64,000 bases of DNA. It comes from Escherichia coli (GTDB lineage: Bacteria; Pseudomonadota; Gammaproteobacteria; Enterobacterales; Enterobacteriaceae). This document shows positions 13,092-24,567 of the stretch, piece after piece (position 1 is the first letter of the stretch; every line of letters begins with the position of its first letter). Below the pieces are notes generated by a model. That model was not told the origin of the DNA. It did not search any database and was given only the letters and a program-made list of their open reading frames with translations. The stretch lies in NCBI RefSeq assembly GCF_002854065.1, contig NZ_CP024147.1; one strand, written 5' to 3'. A program made the position numbers and the translations under genes.

Positions 13092-13856
13092 TTAATCATT
13101 GAGATAGCGACGGATAGCGCGTAATACCGCATCCGGTTTTTCAGCATGGACCCAGTGACCCGCGCCTGCAATCACATGCGCCCGTGCCTGTGGAAATTGT
13201 GCCAGTAAATCATCACGGTACTGCTCGCTAACATACGGAGAATTACCACCAGGGATAAACAGGGCAGGGTGATCCCATGCCGGGATTTTCTCCCAACCCA
13301 CAATATGCGGATACTGATCCCACAATACCGGCACGTTAAAGCGCCACTCCCCGTCAACAAAAGATTTCAACAGAAACTGAATCACCCCTTCTTCATTAAG
13401 ATGCTGGCGCATTATTGCTGCTGCTTGCTGGCGAGTTTGTGCGTCCGATTCACTGACCGCGTTGATAGCCGCGAAAATCTCATCATGACGGCGTACGTGA
13501 TAGTCGACCGGTGCGATATCGATCGCCACCAGTTTATCGATGCGATCGGGGGCCAGTGCAGTAAGTGCCATTACCGCTTTACCGCCCATGGAGTGACCGA
13601 TAAATGTTGCTTTGTCGATCTGCAGTGCATCCAGGGTATCAACAAGATCCTGCGCCATCGTCGGGTAATTCATTACCGGATCTCTCGGTGAAAGACCGTG
13701 GTTACGCATATCAACCTGGATGATATTGTGATCGTTTACCAGATCGCGAGCCAGTACGCCAAGGTTGTCGAGGCTGCCAAACAGACCATGGACAAGAACG
13801 ATGGGAGAATTATTGTGCTGGTTTTGTGCAGTTTGCGCGCGGATATTCAATTTCAT
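13092..13856 (-). CDS. ybfF: alpha/beta-hydrolase esterase YbfF
   Basis: 254-aa ORF with GHSMGG nucleophile elbow. Confidence 0.9.
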   Translation of the reverse strand: MKLNIRAQTAQNQHNNSPIVLVHGLFGSLDNLGVLARDLVNDHNIIQVDMRNHGLSPRDPVMNYPTMAQDLVDTLDALQIDKATFIGHSMGGKAVMALTALAPDRIDKLVAIDIAPVDYHVRRHDEIFAAINAVSESDAQTRQQAAAIMRQHLNEEGVIQFLLKSFVDGEWRFNVPVLWDQYPHIVGWEKIPAWDHPALFIPGGNSPYVSEQYRDDLLAQFPQARAHVIAGAGHWVHAEKPDAVLRAIRRYLND

Positions 13857-14040
13857 GGCAAAGTTCTTTTTTTCGCGTTGTCGGGTTAGGGTATTATGTT
13901 GACCATTGTGCCACAGGGCTGCAACAAATAAGGTTTATTCCGAGTTTTTCTGCAAGCCAGGCTTGACGCTATCCGCTGCCGGGATTTATTCATATACTCC
14001 TGGCGACTTGTATTCAGCTAAGACACTGCACTGGATTAAG

Positions 14041-14586
14041 ATGAAAACGATTGAAGTTGATGATGAACTCTACAGCTATATTGCCAGCCACACTAAGCAT
14101 ATCGGCGAGAGCGCATCCGACATTTTACGGCGTATGTTGAAATTTTCCGCCGCATCACAGCCTGCTGCTCCGGTGACGAAAGAGGTTCGCGTTGCGTCAC
14201 CTGCTATCGTCGAAGCGAAGCCGGTCAAAACGATTAAAGACAAGGTTCGCGCAATGCGTGAACTTCTGCTTTCGGATGAATACGCAGAGCAAAAGCGAGC
14301 GGTCAATCGCTTTATGCTGCTGTTGTCTACACTATATTCTCTTGACGCCCAGGCGTTTGCCGAAGCAACGGAATCGTTGCACGGTCGTACGCGCGTTTAC
14401 TTTGCGGCAGATGAACAAACGCTGCTGAAAAATGGTAATCAGACCAAGCCGAAACATGTGCCAGGCACGCCGTATTGGGTGATCACCAACACCAACACCG
14501 GCCGTAAATGCAGCATGATCGAACACATCATGCAGTCGATGCAATTCCCGGCGGAATTGATTGAGAAGGTTTGCGGAACTATCTAA
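14041..14586 (+). CDS. seqA: replication initiation negative modulator SeqA
   Basis: 181-aa product [33 protein letters not shown]; start taken at the internal ATG of the longer ORF. Confidence 0.93.
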
Positions 14587-14611
14587 AACGTTGCAGACAA
14601 AGGACAAAGCA

Positions 14612-16252
14612 ATGGCAATCCACAATCGTGCAGGCCAACCTGCACAACAGAGTGATTTGATTAACGTCGCCCAACTGACGGCGCAATATTATGTACTGAA
14701 ACCAGAAGCAGGGAATGCGGAGCACGCGGTGAAATTCGGTACTTCCGGTCACCGTGGCAGTGCAGCGCGCCACAGCTTTAACGAGCCGCACATTCTGGCG
14801 ATCGCTCAGGCAATTGCTGAAGAACGTGCGAAAAACGGCATCACTGGCCCTTGCTATGTGGGTAAAGATACTCACGCCCTGTCCGAACCTGCATTTATTT
14901 CCGTTCTGGAAGTGCTGGCAGCGAACGGCGTAGATGTTATTGTGCAGGAAAACAATGGCTTCACTCCGACGCCTGCTGTTTCCAATGCCATCCTGGTTCA
15001 CAATAAAAAAGGTGGCCCGCTGGCAGACGGTATCGTGATTACACCGTCCCATAACCCGCCGGAAGATGGTGGAATCAAATACAATCCGCCAAATGGTGGC
15101 CCGGCAGATACCAACGTCACTAAAGTGGTGGAAGATCGTGCCAACGCACTGCTGGCCGATGGCCTGAAAGGCGTGAAGCGTATCTCCCTCGACGAAGCGA
15201 TGGCATCCGGTCATGTGAAAGAGCAGGATCTGGTGCAGCCGTTCGTGGAAGGGCTGGCCGATATCGTTGATATGGCGGCGATTCAGAAAGCGGGCCTGAC
15301 GCTTGGCGTTGATCCGCTGGGCGGTTCCGGTATCGAATACTGGAAGCGTATTGGCGAGTATTACAACCTCAACCTGACTATCGTTAACGATCAGGTCGAT
15401 CAAACCTTCCGCTTTATGCACCTTGATAAAGACGGCGCGATCCGTATGGACTGCTCCTCTGAGTGTGCGATGGCGGGCCTGCTGGCACTGCGTGATAAGT
15501 TCGATCTGGCGTTTGCTAACGACCCGGATTATGACCGTCACGGTATCGTCACTCCGGCAGGTTTGATGAATCCGAACCACTACCTGGCGGTAGCGATCAA
15601 TTACCTGTTCCAGCATCGTCCGCAGTGGGGCAAAGATGTTGCCGTTGGGAAAACGCTGGTTTCATCTGCGATGATCGACCGTGTGGTCAACGACTTGGGC
15701 CGTAAACTGGTAGAAGTCCCGGTAGGTTTCAAATGGTTTGTTGATGGTCTGTTCGACGGCAGCTTCGGCTTTGGCGGCGAAGAGAGCGCAGGGGCTTCCT
15801 TCCTGCGTTTCGACGGCACGCCGTGGTCCACCGACAAAGACGGCATCATCATGTGTCTGCTGGCGGCGGAAATCACCGCTGTCACCGGTAAGAACCCGCA
15901 GGAACACTACAACGAACTGGCAAAACGCTTTGGTGCGCCGAGCTACAACCGTTTGCAGGCAGCTGCGACTTCCGCACAAAAAGCGGCGCTGTCTAAGCTG
16001 TCTCCGGAAATGGTGAGCGCCAGCACCCTGGCAGGTGACCCTATCACCGCGCGCCTGACTGCTGCTCCGGGCAACGGTGCTTCTATTGGCGGTCTGAAAG
16101 TGATGACTGACAACGGCTGGTTCGCCGCGCGTCCGTCAGGCACGGAAGACGCATATAAGATCTACTGCGAAAGCTTCCTCGGTGAAGAACATCGCAAGCA
16201 GATTGAGAAAGAAGCGGTTGAGATTGTTAGCGAAGTTCTGAAAAACGCGTAA
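14612..16252 (+). CDS. pgm: phosphoglucomutase
   Basis: 546-aa product [16 protein letters not shown]... with phosphoserine loop (TPSHNP); seqA-pgm operon synteny. Confidence 0.94.
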
Positions 16253-16263
16253 ACACATTAAAT

Positions 16264-16296
16264 AAAAAAAGGGCGGTCGCAAGATCGCCCTTTTTT
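16264..16296. terminator. bidirectional terminator between pgm and potE
   Basis: A7-gggcggtcgcaagatcgccc-T6 hairpin. Confidence 0.75.
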
Positions 16297-16307
16297 ACTT
16301 TGCTTTT

Positions 16308-17627
16308 TTAACCGTGTTTATTTTTCAGTTCAAAGCGTGGTGATACCAGACCATACAGTGTCCAACCAAGGAAGGTCACGATGGAACCGTACAGCATGGC
16401 TTCTTCCCCGGATGAGTACAGCGCATAAAAGCTGTACATCGCGCCAACAAAAGCAACAAAGTTTGCAACTTTCGCTTTTGAGGGGGGCACATTAGCGACC
16501 TTCTGAATAATGACTAATGCCGCCATTGACAGAATATACGGAATGATATTGGTCACCACGGCCAGGTTAACCAGCACGTTGAACTGACTGTTTAGCGACG
16601 GGCTAATCGTCATCAGCGCCAACCCGCTCTGGATAATCACAATGGTCAACATTCCCTGCACCGGTGCATCCACTTTGGTTACACGGGAGAAAATTTTAGG
16701 GAAGTAGCCTTCATCAGATGAAGATTTAAACACCTGGGCAATGGTGAACTGCCAGCCAAGCAGCGAACCGCAGCAGGACATCACCATCAGCGCCATAATG
16801 ACTTTACCCACTTCCGGCGTGAACATCTGCGCGAAGGCCAGACCAAATGGTGCCGTTGAATTTGCCAGCTCCATATTTGGCACAATCCCGGCAATCACGT
16901 TGGTGGAGACGATATAAATCACCGCCGCACCTAACGTACCGCCGAGTACCGCGATTGGCACATTACGTTCCGGGTTTTCCACTACATCAGTATTTGCACA
17001 CGCAGACTCCAGACCAAGAAAAGCCCACAGCGTCATAGCGATGGAAGAACCTACCGCACTGAAGAACGGTGCATGATGCGGATTCCAGGAATCAACGTAC
17101 AGCGTCGGGCTAAACCAGAACCAGCCAATAATGCACAGACCGACGACCGGAATAATGACTCCCCACACAGTAATGCTACTGATTTGCCCGGTAATGCGCG
17201 CACCACCAAAGTTAGCCACGGTACAAATCCACAGCACCCCGATGGTCGCAAGACCAATCTGCACTGGCGACAAACTCGCGCCGAGCAGTTCGGTGCCGTA
17301 ACCAACCGCCGAAATAGCAATCGCGACGTTAGCAATCAGCAGTGAGACGCCGTAGGTATAGTTCGCCATAAAGTTACCGGATTTACCGAAAGCATACTCG
17401 GCATAACCGCCCATACCTCCTGATTTACGGCTGAACATACCGCATTTTGCGAATGCCCATGCCAGTGCCATTGAGCCTACGGCTGTCACCAGCCAGGAGA
17501 TAATTGAGATTGTCCCAACTTCGGCAAGCTTTGTCGGCAGCATGATGATACCGGAGCCCATCATGTTGACCATCGTCAGTATGGTTAACTGAACGACGCC
17601 CATTTTGTTCGATTTAGCCTGACTCAT
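16308..17627 (-). CDS. potE: putrescine:ornithine antiporter
   Basis: 439-aa APC-family membrane protein; overlaps the speF stop by 4 nt (operon). Confidence 0.93.
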   Translation of the reverse strand: MSQAKSNKMGVVQLTILTMVNMMGSGIIMLPTKLAEVGTISIISWLVTAVGSMALAWAFAKCGMFSRKSGGMGGYAEYAFGKSGNFMANYTYGVSLLIANVAIAISAVGYGTELLGASLSPVQIGLATIGVLWICTVANFGGARITGQISSITVWGVIIPVVGLCIIGWFWFSPTLYVDSWNPHHAPFFSAVGSSIAMTLWAFLGLESACANTDVVENPERNVPIAVLGGTLGAAVIYIVSTNVIAGIVPNMELANSTAPFGLAFAQMFTPEVGKVIMALMVMSCCGSLLGWQFTIAQVFKSSSDEGYFPKIFSRVTKVDAPVQGMLTIVIIQSGLALMTISPSLNSQFNVLVNLAVVTNIIPYILSMAALVIIQKVANVPPSKAKVANFVAFVGAMYSFYALYSSGEEAMLYGSIVTFLGWTLYGLVSPRFELKNKHG

Positions 17628-19831
17628 AATTTTTCCCCTTTCAGCAGGGTGCTTTGCGCATCACGAGGCTTGATGACATAGCACCAAACTTGCTTACGAC
17701 CATCATGTTCTTCGATATAGACACCCTGCAGCTCCGGTGCAAAACCTGGCAGCAGGTTGATCCCTTCTTCCAGAGCGCTGAAGTAACGCAGAACAGCACC
17801 ACCCCAGATTTCACCCGGAACAACACACAGCACACCCGGAGGATAAGGAAGCGCACCTTCGGCAGCGATACGGCCTTCAGCATCCGGCAGACGAACCAGT
17901 TCCACTTCACCGCGTAAATAGGCGTAGTTGGCTTCTTGCGGATTCATGCTGACGCGTGGGAAGTGCTCCTTACGGAACATCTCTTTTTGCAGTTGTTTCA
18001 CGTTGTGGCGGGCATACAAATCATGCATTTCCTGACACAACTGACGCAGGGTATAACCGGCGTAGCGCTCTTCATGCTGTTTGTAGATGGAAGGTAGCAC
18101 TTCTGCTAATGGCGCGTCGGACTCAAGCAGTTTTTCGAAGCGTACCAGCAGGGCAACAAGTTGCTGAAGTTTGGCCATATCTTCTGCCGGAGTCAGCAGG
18201 AAGAGGATGGAGTTAAGATCGCATTTTTCCGGCACTACGCCATTTTCGCGCAGGAAGTTAGCAAGAATCGTCGCGGGTACACCGAACGCTTCATATTCGC
18301 CGTTACGTGCATCAATACCTGGGGTTGTCAGCAACAGTTTGCATGGATCGACAAAGTATTGATTCTCTGCATAGCCTTCAAAAGAATGCCAGTGTTCCCC
18401 TGGTACAAACTGGAAGAAGCGCAGATCAACCGCAATTTGCGCTGTTTCATACGACTGCCAGGGTTTACCATCCACCAGTTCAGGTATGAACGGACGAATA
18501 TGCTGACAGTTATCGAGGATCAGTTTGCGGGCATTAATGCCATTTACCACACAATCCATCCACATATTACGACCGCTGACACCTTCATGCATTTTGGCGT
18601 TGATATCCAGTGCGGCAAACAGCGGATAGAACGGGCTGGTGGAGGCATGCATCATAAAGGCGTTGTTCATGCGTTTGTGCGGTACATAACGCTGTTGCCC
18701 TTTGATGTGGCTGTCTTTTTTATGGATTTGTGAAGTTTGAGAAAAACCAGCCTGCTGTTTATGTACGGATTGCGTAACCAGAATACCCGGATCGTTCTCA
18801 TTAAGATCCAGCAACAGCGGCGAACAGTCAGCCATCATCGGAATAAACTGTTCATAGCCGACCCATGCGGAATCAAACAGGATGTAGTCACACAGATGAC
18901 CAATTTTATCCACCACCTGGCGGGCGTTATAAATCGTACCGTCGTAGGTGCCTAGCTGAATCACAGCGAGGCGGAACGGACGCGCCTCTTTTGCCCGTTG
19001 CGGTGCAACTTCTGTAATCAGTTCACGCAGATAACTTTCTTCGAAGCAGTGCGCATCAATACCACCGATAAAACCATACGGGTTACGTGCTGTTTCCAGA
19101 TAAACCGGTGTTGCACCAGCCTGTAGCAAGGCCCCGTGGTGGTTAGACTTATGGTTATTGCGGTCAAATAGCACCAGATCACCCGGTGTCAGCAGGGCGT
19201 TTAAAACCACTTTGTTAGAAGATGAAGTACCATTTAAAACGAAGTAGGTTTTATCGGCATTAAACACTTTTGCTGCATGTTGCTGTGCAATGCATGGCGC
19301 GCCTTCGTGAATCAGCAGATCGCCCATCGCGACGTCGGCGTTGCACAAGTCGGCACGGAACAGCGCCTCACCAAAGTATTCCACAAACTGATTCCCCGCC
19401 GGATGGCGACGGAAAAATTCGCCGCCCTGATGACCGGGGCAGTCAAATGCGCTGTTGCCCTGATTGACATAATCGACCAGTGCGCGAAAGAAAGGTGGGC
19501 GCAGTTGAGTTTCATAATGGCTGGCAGCGGTTTCTAACTGACGACCATAAAATTCTTTGCGTGCTTCTCCATGTTCGAAGACACCAGAAATACGTGAAAG
19601 ATATTCTGCTGGTATACGTTCTTCATTTTCCGTTGCAATAAAAACAGGAATGTCATAGCCAGTAGCGTCTATTTCATCGAGTTTTCCACGTTCAACATCA
19701 CTGACTGATAAAATAATGGCGGCAACGTCAATATAATTACTTTCGTCTATATTCACGCATGCACGATGAGTGGAAAAACAATCCGGGCAAGAACGACTAA
19801 CGGCAATTTTTAATTCTGACATTTTGTTCAT
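17624..19831 (-). CDS. speF: inducible ornithine decarboxylase
   Basis: 735-aa ORF of the PLP-dependent Orn/Lys/Arg decarboxylase family; upstream speFL leader present; exact start (MNKMSELK or MSELK) not resolved. Confidence 0.9.
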   Translation of the reverse strand: MNKMSELKIAVSRSCPDCFSTHRACVNIDESNYIDVAAIILSVSDVERGKLDEIDATGYDIPVFIATENEERIPAEYLSRISGVFEHGEARKEFYGRQLETAASHYETQLRPPFFRALVDYVNQGNSAFDCPGHQGGEFFRRHPAGNQFVEYFGEALFRADLCNADVAMGDLLIHEGAPCIAQQHAAKVFNADKTYFVLNGTSSSNKVVLNALLTPGDLVLFDRNNHKSNHHGALLQAGATPVYLETARNPYGFIGGIDAHCFEESYLRELITEVAPQRAKEARPFRLAVIQLGTYDGTIYNARQVVDKIGHLCDYILFDSAWVGYEQFIPMMADCSPLLLDLNENDPGILVTQSVHKQQAGFSQTSQIHKKDSHIKGQQRYVPHKRMNNAFMMHASTSPFYPLFAALDINAKMHEGVSGRNMWMDCVVNGINARKLILDNCQHIRPFIPELVDGKPWQSYETAQIAVDLRFFQFVPGEHWHSFEGYAENQYFVDPCKLLLTTPGIDARNGEYEAFGVPATILANFLRENGVVPEKCDLNSILFLLTPAEDMAKLQQLVALLVRFEKLLESDAPLAEVLPSIYKQHEERYAGYTLRQLCQEMHDLYARHNVKQLQKEMFRKEHFPRVSMNPQEANYAYLRGEVELVRLPDAEGRIAAEGALPYPPGVLCVVPGEIWGGAVLRYFSALEEGINLLPGFAPELQGVYIEEHDGRKQVWCYVIKPRDAQSTLLKGEKL

Positions 19832-19976
19832 CTCTTTATTTCAGGTAATAGCAGGTCCTCAATTTCTCAAAGGAGAAATCGATCACGCCGGAAAAAAGCA
19901 AAGCTCCACCGCTGATAAATAAATCAGTAGTTTGCTTTTTGCAGATGCAATAACCCAGACCAGCCCGGTAACTGGC

Positions 19977-20151
19977 TATACTCGTCATACTTCAAGTTGC
20001 ATGTGCTGCGTCTGCGTTCGCTCACCCCAGTCACTTACTCATGTAAGCTCCTGGGGATTCACTCGCTTGTCGCCTTCCTGCAACTCGAATTATTTAGAGT
20101 ATATACTCGTCATACTTCAAGTTGCATATGCTGCGACTCGAATTATGTAGA
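19977..20151. repeat. ERIC (enterobacterial repetitive intergenic consensus) element with a partial tandem second copy
   Basis: Contains the ERIC core GTAAGCTCCTGGGGATTCAC and terminal repeats TATACTCGTCATACTTCAAGTTGCAT(G/A)TGCTGCG. Confidence 0.75.
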
Positions 20152-20246
20152 GTTTAAAAGGGTTAGCAGTATATGAGCACCGAGGGATACAGGTATTAAC
20201 CTGTAATGCTTAAAGTCAGGGAGACCTGTACGCTGGGGTGCCCTTT

Positions 20247-20351
20247 AGTCAGAAGACTAGCGGGCATTAAAGAAATGAAAGTCAAAACTATTACGATGGG
20301 CAAACTTCATGATATGGGTTGTCCGCCTTATATGAGGCATTAAGCGGTTAT
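20247..20351 (-). CDS. speFL: speF leader peptide (ornithine-sensing arrest peptide)
   Basis: 34-codon reverse-strand ORF MENNNRLMPHIRRTTHIMKFAHRNSFDFHFFNAR upstream of speF; the HIRRxxH and C-terminal FDFHFFNAR stretches match the described SpeFL. Confidence 0.8.
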
Positions 20352-20556
20352 TATTTTCCATTTACCTTTACCTCTTGCTGTGTCAGTTGAAGGTAGAGTT
20401 ATTCTATCCATGAAATGGCTATAATCTGTGAAGAAGATCAACAAAAAACGATCATACCCCAGATAATAAATCATTAATTATGAATAGCGCCATACTAGAT
20501 GCTGTTTTGTTACTTAAATGTTGTAATTTCGTGTTTTATATTTGCGTTAAGAAATT

Positions 20557-20590
20557 AAACCTGCCAAATAATAATATTTGGCGCAGGTTT
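20557..20590 (-). terminator. putative terminator downstream of kdpE
   Basis: Imperfect hairpin aaacctgccaaata...tatttggcgcaggttt in an AT-rich region just 3' of the kdpE stop. Confidence 0.4.
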
Positions 20591-20635
20591 AATAATAAAT
20601 TAATCACTATTTAGGCGAATTTATTGAATAAAAAT

Positions 20636-21313
20636 TCAAAGCATAAACCGATAACCAATCCCAGTTTCAGTAATAAAATGGCGAGGCCGGGCCGGGTCTT
20701 GCTCCAGTTTTTGTCGCAGATGCCCCATATAAATACGCAAATAATGACTGTGTTCGACCGCGTTTGGCCCCCACACCTGGTTAAGGAGTTGGCGCTGGGT
20801 GAGCACTTTCCCGGCATTATTCAGCAGCACCGCCAGCAGGCGGAATTCAATCGGCGTGAGATGCACCTCTTCCTCACCCCGGTGAATCACGCGGGCGGCT
20901 AAATCGACGGTAACATCGGAGAATTTCACCAGCGGATCGGGCGCGGTGGTGACAGAGTGGCGGCGTAATGCGACGCGCAGACGGGCCTGCAATTCGCCAA
21001 TGCCAAACGGCTTACTCAGATAATCATCCGCTCCGGCATCCAGCGCGGCGATTTTGTCGCTCTCTTCGCTGCGTGCGGAAAGCACAATCACCGGCACCGC
21101 GCTCCACTGGCGCAGGTCGCGGATAAACTCAATCCCATCACCATCGGGCAGGCCGAGATCGAGAATAATCAAATCTGGCTTACGGGTTGCCGCTTCCAGC
21201 AAGCCGCGTTGCAGCGTTTCGGCCTCAAAGACGCGCATCCCGTCGCCCTCCAGCGCCGTGCGCAGAAAGCGACGAATAGCCTGTTCATCTTCAACAATCA
21301 GAACGTTTGTCAC
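20636..21313 (-). CDS. kdpE: response regulator KdpE (OmpR family)
   Basis: 225-aa ORF with receiver domain (LIVEDEQAIRRFL...D) and winged-helix C-terminus. Confidence 0.94.
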   Translation of the reverse strand: MTNVLIVEDEQAIRRFLRTALEGDGMRVFEAETLQRGLLEAATRKPDLIILDLGLPDGDGIEFIRDLRQWSAVPVIVLSARSEESDKIAALDAGADDYLSKPFGIGELQARLRVALRRHSVTTAPDPLVKFSDVTVDLAARVIHRGEEEVHLTPIEFRLLAVLLNNAGKVLTQRQLLNQVWGPNAVEHSHYLRIYMGHLRQKLEQDPARPRHFITETGIGYRFML

Positions 21314-23994
21314 ATATCCTCATGAAATTCTTCAAGTTCAGGAGCGGTTTGCTGGGGAAGTGTAACACGAAAACAGGCACCACCTTCCGGTCGGTTGAAC
21401 GCGGTAATGGTGCCGCCGTGTACATCCACAATCGCCCGACAAATTGCCAGTCCAAGCCCTACCCCCGGTACTGCCGACTCTTTATTCCCGCGAGCAAACT
21501 TATCAAATATCGTCTGCTCCTGGCCTGGCGGAAGACCGGGGCCGTTATCCCAGACATCCAGTTGTAGATTTTCGCCCTCAACGTGGGCATCGATACCAAT
21601 TTCGGCCTGCGCACCCGCATATTTCACTGCGTTCTCCAGCAAATTAATCAGCACCCGTTCAAAGAGTGGCCCGTCAACGTGGATTAAGGTCAGCGGTTCT
21701 GGCAGAGAAAGATTGATGGGCGACGATAAACCCGGTTCCAGCATTTGCAGCGCGCTGCCGACTACTTCTTCCAGCGTTAACCACTCTTTCTTCAAATTAA
21801 AGCCGCCGGACTGAATTCGCGCCATATCCAGTAGATTATTCACCAGTCGGGTAGTGTTCAGCACATGCTGACGAATCTCGCTGGCCTGGCGGGCGTGGGG
21901 TGATCCTTCGCTTGCCAGATCGAGCGTTAAGATTTCTGCCTGACCAAACAGCACCGTAAGCGGAGTGCGTAAATCATGCGAAAGCGCCGCCAGCAGGGCG
22001 TTGCGGATCTGTTCACGTTCGCTTGCCATCCGCGCCTGTTCTTCGCTGGCGGTCAGCGTCAGCCGCTCAAGCGCATTGGCGACTAACAGCGTAAACGTCT
22101 CCAGCAGGCGCTGCTGTTCCGGGATCATCAACTGACGCAGATTCCCCGGTTCCACCACCACCAGCCCGTAGGTTTTCTCACCGCTTTTTAACGGCAAAAT
22201 CTGGTACGGCACGCCGGGTAACGTGTCGGTGCCCGCACCCGCAGGCAGGCCTTTATCAAAACTCCACTGCGCGATGGCATCGTCCCACGGCGTCATTCCT
22301 TGCGGATGTGTTAACGGCTGCAATTTACCGTTGTCATCGGGCAACAACACCTGACTGCGGGCATGAAACGTGGAGGCAATAAATTGTTCGCTGGTGGCGG
22401 CGATGTCCTGCGGACTGCGGCCCACAGCCAGAGCTTTCGACATTTCATATAAGTGCCGTGTGCGTTGTTCGCGGTAACGGGCTACCCGCGCCTGATAACG
22501 CACGCCAGCAGTAAGGTTCCCGATCACCAGCCCGACGGTTAACATCACCGCGAAGGTCAGCAGATATTGCACATCAGAGACGGCGAGCGTGCCGCGTGGG
22601 GCGATAAAAAAGAGATCGAAACTCACCACATTAATGACGGTAGCAACCACCGAAGGCCAGCGTCCATAAAATAGCGCCACCACCACCACGCCAAGTAGAT
22701 ACAGCATCACCAGGTTGGCGGCATCAAACGCCATCAGCCACTGCATGGCAATTAAGGTGATAACGGCGCATAACGCGGCGGCAACCACGCATCCCTGAAT
22801 CTGTACCCGCCACTTGTCTTTAAAAGAGCGGCTATCCGGCGCGTTGTTAATCGTGCGGGCGGGTGGTTCATCAAGCGCGACCAGCACCTGATCGAGATCG
22901 GGGGCGATGCGCGCCAGTCGGTCAGCAAACGTTTCCCGACGCCACCAGCGGCGCGAGGCTGGGCGACCGAGAATAATCTTGCCGAGATTATGTTCACGGG
23001 CATAACGCACTACCGCTTTCTCTTCCGCTGGATCAGAAAGTGTTGCCGTCTCCGCGCCCAGCTCCTGCGCCAGACGTAAGGCGCTGAGAATTGCCCGACG
23101 TTTTTTCTCCGGTAAGCGATGCAGGGCAGGGGTTTCAACATACACCGCGTGCCAGACGCTACCCAGCCGCGCCGCCAGCCGCGCCGCCGCGCGGACCAGT
23201 TTCTCACTGCCGGTGTTATGCCCGATGCATAAAAGGATCGCGTCGCGCGTGTGCCAGACTTTCTCTTCGCCAGGATGCCCCCGCCAGGCGCGCATTTGCT
23301 CATCAACGCGATCGGCAGTACGGCGCAGTGCCAGTTCGCGCAGGGCGATCAGATTGCCTTTGCGGAAAAAATGTTCAATGGCGCGCTCCGCCTGCCCGGC
23401 AATATAGACTTTGCCTTCTTTCAGCCGCTGGCGCAGATCGTCCGGGGGCAAGTCCACCAGCACCACGTCGTCGGCGGCATCGAAAAAAGGATCGGGCACG
23501 GTTTCCCGTACCTGAATTCCGGTGACGCCGCTGACCACATCATTCAGACTTTCCAGATGCTGAACGTTGACGGTTGTGAAAACATCAATGCCAGCTTCTA
23601 GCAGTTCTTCGATATCCTGCCAGCGTTTAGGATGACGAGAACCTGGCGCATTACTGTGCGCCAGTTCGTCCATTAAGATCAGCGCCGGACGGCGGGCGAG
23701 GGCGGCATCGAGATCAAACTCGCTGATGTGCCGCCCACGGTACGCCAGGCGTTTTGGCGGCAGAACAGCCAGCCCTTCCAGCATGGCGGCGGTATCTTTC
23801 CGCCCGTGGGTTTCTACCACGCCAACCACAATATCCAGCCCTTGCGCCCGCAGTCGCTGGGCTTCTGCCAGCATCGCCCAGGTCTTCCCGACGCCTGCGC
23901 AGGCACCGAAGAAAACTTTCAGCTTCCCCCGATGCGGCGCGGCAGTTTGTTCCAGCAGACGATCGGGGTCGGGACGTAAGGGTTCGTTATTCAT
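21310..23994 (-). CDS. kdpD: sensor histidine kinase KdpD
   Basis: 894-aa product from [13 protein letters not shown]; Walker-A-containing KdpD N-domain, four TM helices, HisKA/HATPase; overlaps the kdpC stop. Confidence 0.93.
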   Translation of the reverse strand: MNNEPLRPDPDRLLEQTAAPHRGKLKVFFGACAGVGKTWAMLAEAQRLRAQGLDIVVGVVETHGRKDTAAMLEGLAVLPPKRLAYRGRHISEFDLDAALARRPALILMDELAHSNAPGSRHPKRWQDIEELLEAGIDVFTTVNVQHLESLNDVVSGVTGIQVRETVPDPFFDAADDVVLVDLPPDDLRQRLKEGKVYIAGQAERAIEHFFRKGNLIALRELALRRTADRVDEQMRAWRGHPGEEKVWHTRDAILLCIGHNTGSEKLVRAAARLAARLGSVWHAVYVETPALHRLPEKKRRAILSALRLAQELGAETATLSDPAEEKAVVRYAREHNLGKIILGRPASRRWWRRETFADRLARIAPDLDQVLVALDEPPARTINNAPDSRSFKDKWRVQIQGCVVAAALCAVITLIAMQWLMAFDAANLVMLYLLGVVVVALFYGRWPSVVATVINVVSFDLFFIAPRGTLAVSDVQYLLTFAVMLTVGLVIGNLTAGVRYQARVARYREQRTRHLYEMSKALAVGRSPQDIAATSEQFIASTFHARSQVLLPDDNGKLQPLTHPQGMTPWDDAIAQWSFDKGLPAGAGTDTLPGVPYQILPLKSGEKTYGLVVVEPGNLRQLMIPEQQRLLETFTLLVANALERLTLTASEEQARMASEREQIRNALLAALSHDLRTPLTVLFGQAEILTLDLASEGSPHARQASEIRQHVLNTTRLVNNLLDMARIQSGGFNLKKEWLTLEEVVGSALQMLEPGLSSPINLSLPEPLTLIHVDGPLFERVLINLLENAVKYAGAQAEIGIDAHVEGENLQLDVWDNGPGLPPGQEQTIFDKFARGNKESAVPGVGLGLAICRAIVDVHGGTITAFNRPEGGACFRVTLPQQTAPELEEFHEDM

Positions 23995-24559
23995 CAAGTT
24001 TATCCAGCGCCAGATTGAGTTCGACAATGTTGACGACCGGCTGGCCGATATATTTCACCAGTGGTTGTTGGCTGTATTTTGCGATCAGTTGCGTGAGCTG
24101 TTCAACGCTGAGATTACGCGCTTTCGCTACGCGTGGGATCTGCCAGGCAGCCGCTTGCGGGGTGATGTTATTGTCCAGCCCGCTTGCCGACGCCGTCACC
24201 AGTTCAACCGGAACGTTCGCGCTGGCATCCGGGTTAGTGGCCCGTAATGCAGCAACGCGTGCGGCTATTAGTTTATCCAGCTCAGGGTTACTGACCGCCA
24301 GGTTGCTCCCGCCAGAAGCCTGTGGATTATAGGGCATTTCTGCCGTTGCCGACGGGCGACCATGAAAATAGCCGTTGCCGGTAAAATTCTGCCCGATTAA
24401 TGCCGAACCGCGCACCGTATCACCTTCACGAATCAACGAACCATTGGCCTGCCAGGGAAACCACCATTGCCCCAGCACGGTGGTCAGCAGCGGGTAAACG
24501 CCGCCAGTAATCAATAACAGAAAGATAAATGTCGATAATGCCGGACGTAATCCACTCAT
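23987..24559 (-). CDS. kdpC: K+-transporting ATPase subunit C
   Basis: 190-aa product starting [16 protein letters not shown]. Confidence 0.92.
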   Translation of the reverse strand: MSGLRPALSTFIFLLLITGGVYPLLTTVLGQWWFPWQANGSLIREGDTVRGSALIGQNFTGNGYFHGRPSATAEMPYNPQASGGSNLAVSNPELDKLIAARVAALRATNPDASANVPVELVTASASGLDNNITPQAAAWQIPRVAKARNLSVEQLTQLIAKYSQQPLVKYIGQPVVNIVELNLALDKLDE

Positions 24560-24567
24560 GGTAAACC

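Noticed and set aside
13906-14040. Upstream in-frame extensions of seqA (13906), fldA (to 12636), kdpA (to 28456), kdpD (to 24027), kdpC (to 24583), sdhC (51762), sdhA (52495), ybgD (to 49413) and abrB (to 44385) given by the longest-ORF track
   Set aside because: The conserved protein N-termini start at internal ATG/GTG codons with RBS or operon-overlap context; the extensions would overlap upstream genes or promoters.
19932-20150. 72-aa plus-strand ORF in the speF-kdpE intergenic region, and direct repeats there considered as a possible CRISPR array
   Set aside because: The repeats are ERIC element arms (tatactcgtcatacttcaagttgcat...), only two copies with no spacer-repeat periodicity; the ORF is a translation of the ERIC palindrome.
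20611-20902. Short ORFs overlapping the 3' end of kdpE (20611-20817 minus, 20624-20902 plus)
   Set aside because: Out of frame with or antisense to kdpE; no independent support.
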